Below, piece by piece: positions 61,448 to 64,000 of a stretch of DNA of 64,000 nucleotides (position 1 is its first letter; each line of letters opens with the position of its first letter). Position numbers and translations under genes: made by a program. This stretch comes from Eledone cirrhosa (lineage: Eukaryota). The notes beneath the pieces were generated by a model that was given only the letters and a program-made list of their open reading frames with translations, searched no databases and was not told where the DNA came from. The DNA lies in contig OZ024742.1 in the NCBI GenBank assembly GCA_964016885.1, positions 276,644,001 to 276,708,000 of the forward strand. Direction: 5' to 3'.

Positions 61448-62819
61448 GTATGGTTCTTTTATGCTTCTTTGAAATGCTAGCTTTTTTTTATTTAAAAATG
61501 CCAATACTGCACATTCTTCATCTTTTTCTTAAAGTGTGTCTAAAAGAAAACTAACTTTCTGTTGATTTTCTATATTTTATCTTTTCCCAATCTAGATTCA
61601 TACTGAGTCAAGGGTTTAGTTTATTATATTACCCCAATACTTAATTTTTTACCTGCTAAATTATGGGACATAAAGGAGCAAAACATAAATAGCACCAGTT
61701 TTTAGACTTGTGTAAACATGTGCACTCTCACACACACATCATCATTATCATTTTTCATCCACTAATCAAGGACTCTGAGCTGTTGTTACAGCATTCTTCT
61801 AGGAGAAATATCGAAGTGAAACCTGCAGTTTACATGATTACTGGTCATCTTGCTTAGGCATGTCATCAGATAATAATCACTGAGATTTGGAGAGTGGTAC
61901 TCGTATTGTACAAGAGTTTACCACTAATCCAATGATGTACAGATGTCTTTTTCATGATCTTCTCATATGTCATTTTATCTGTTAAAAATCCTGTGGCAAT
62001 GGAGGAGTGGTGACGTGTGCAGACCTAACCAGTTAGGAGCACACAATTATAAATCTGCACATAGGCAACCAAAGTCTAATCTTAACAACATTGTTTTGTC
62101 TTCCTGTGATAGAGACTAACATCTGTGGAGGCTCGGATGTCTGAGCAGCCCTGATAGAGAGTGCACTGCCCACCCAGTGTGTTGGGAAGGTGCTAGAAAA
62201 GGTGAACTGAACATTACCTGGCACATCAACACTGCTTAGTTCCATGCAGTTTCATGTCAGCAGGAGCAGAAAAGATGATTGACATGCTAAATTAATTGCA
62301 AAAGAGTGAGTTAATCTCAACTTTTGTTGTTGGATCACAATTCATGAAACTAACTAGAAAGAAGAATTGCACTTGTAACTAAAGAACTTCAAAGACTGTA
62401 TATAGATATTGCAGCTCTCAAATGAGACAATCCGTCTAGCGTGGAAAATAGACATTAAACGATGATAATGATGAAGATGAATCATGAGAGTGTGAGTTCT
62501 ATTCATGGACCAGGCTATGTGGTGTGTCCTTTAACAAGACACTTAATTTTACTTTGCTCCAGTTCACTCAGCTGTAGAAATGAGTTGCGACGCCACTGGT
62601 GCCAAGATGTATCAGCCTTTTCCTTTTCCTTGGACAACATTAGTGGCATGGAGAAGGGAGATTAGTATGCGCAGACAACTACTTGTCTCCCCAAAAATAC
62701 CTTTCCCAGGCTTGTGCCTTGGAGGGGAACTTTCTGGGTGTAAAAAGGATCTCTTTAATATATGTGTGCGTATGTATATCTGTATATCTTCTTTTTCGCC
62801 CACTTATTCCTGTGAGGGT

Positions 62820-63570
62820 CAGAGTCCTCAGACACTCCTTCCAGCGGGTCATGTCAGAAGTGACCATCTCTAACTGATCCAGTTGGATCCCCAAGCGAGA
62901 CCAGCCAAGCTCATGGATGTTATCAAACCATCTTGCTCAGGGTCTACCTCTGGGTCTCCTGTCGGTTGGTTTTGCTCATAAAATCTGTCCAGCGATTCTT
63001 TCCTGAGACATTCTAACCAAATGCCCATAGTATTGGAGCTGTGATCTCTCAATTCAGAGAAGTAGTGGCTCTACCTGGAGTGACTCTCTGATCTCTGAGC
63101 TACACACTCTATCAAGTAACGTTACTCCAAAGACCCTTTGGAGGAACCCCATTTCAGCCACTTGTTTCACGATCGTATTCTTTCGGTCATTGCCTAAGAT
63201 TCATGACTATAGGTAAGGGTTGGCATGAATACCGAATTGAAGATAACAAGTTTGGCTTTTACACCCACCTCCCTTTTGATTACTAGATGCTGAAGCTGGC
63301 GCATTAATGCACCAGCTCCTGCAACTCTTGCACTTAATTCAGCCTCTTGCCTTCCATCACTCGTGAACACAGCCCTGAGATACTTGAACTTCTCTACCTG
63401 CTTCAGTGGAACTCCATTTTATAGGCAAAACCAATCGGCAGGAGACCCAGGGGTAGACCTCAAGCAAGATGGTTGGCTAACATCCATGAGGCTTGGTCTC
63501 ACTTAGGGATCCAGCCAAATCAGTTGCTTCTGACACGACCCGCTGTAAGGTGTGTTATAGGACTCTGTCC
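62820..63570. mobile_element. Decayed RTE fragments with 3' parts in inverted orientation
   Basis: ~62820-62975 is roughly the reverse complement of ~63423-63568; LKQVEKFKYL remnant on minus strand between them; related piece at ~33590-33830. Confidence 0.65.
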
Positions 63571-64000
63571 CCAAGACCCTCTCAGGAATAAGTAGATAAA
63601 GAAGAAGATGAAAACATATACTATGTTTATATTCAATAAACATATGGTAGCCTTCTTATCAAAGAAAAAATATTTTTTCATAGCAGAGGAATTATTTTTA
63701 CCTCTTTTGTTCTGTGAATATGTCACAGGAATGTCAGTATCAGTTTAAAATGCCAGAAGTGCTGTTTCAAGATTTGTTACTCTATCAGTGATATTCACTG
63801 AGGCTGTACTGACAAGGAAATAGACAAGAGTCTATGTATATTTTGCATGATGAACATTTATTGAGGACGTTCATTTGCATATAAACAAGTAGAAAACATC
63901 AACTGGAAATGCTCTTTTGCATATAGTGCAAACTATGGTGTAATCTATATGGAACTTTGTCTGCAGCTTCTTATATTTTATCATGTTTATGCTGCACATC

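Overview
AT-rich eukaryotic genomic DNA. The repeat content suggests an octopod cephalopod, which is an inference. The whole window lies inside one plus-strand gene, an orthologue of the MAGUK scaffold DLG5 (discs large 5). I can trace 23 consecutive GT-AG exons from 2250 to 61447, totalling 5700 nt (about 1900 codons) with all intron phases compatible. They encode coiled-coil, 4 PDZ, SH3 and GUK domains; the first and last exons lie outside the window. The introns hold many transposons. These include a young, ORF-intact Ty3/gypsy (CsRn1-like, CHCC gag) LTR retrotransposon, an older LTR relic, RTE and CR1 LINE fragments, two tRNA-derived SINE families, piggyBac-, pogo/Tc2- and hAT-type MITEs, a Helitron and several foldback hairpins. 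The most interesting signal is in the intact LTR element. It has no recognisable tRNA primer-binding site or polypurine tract. Instead its PBS position is complementary to a CCA-ending segment of its own LTR, a candidate for self-priming. It also has a clear -1 frameshift signal with a predicted pseudoknot. Other notable items are a 0.5 kb intragenic copy inserted in a (CT)n tract 46 kb from its source, a twin-priming-like RTE inversion and a PHD finger in an RTE ORF. No database searches or folding computations were run.
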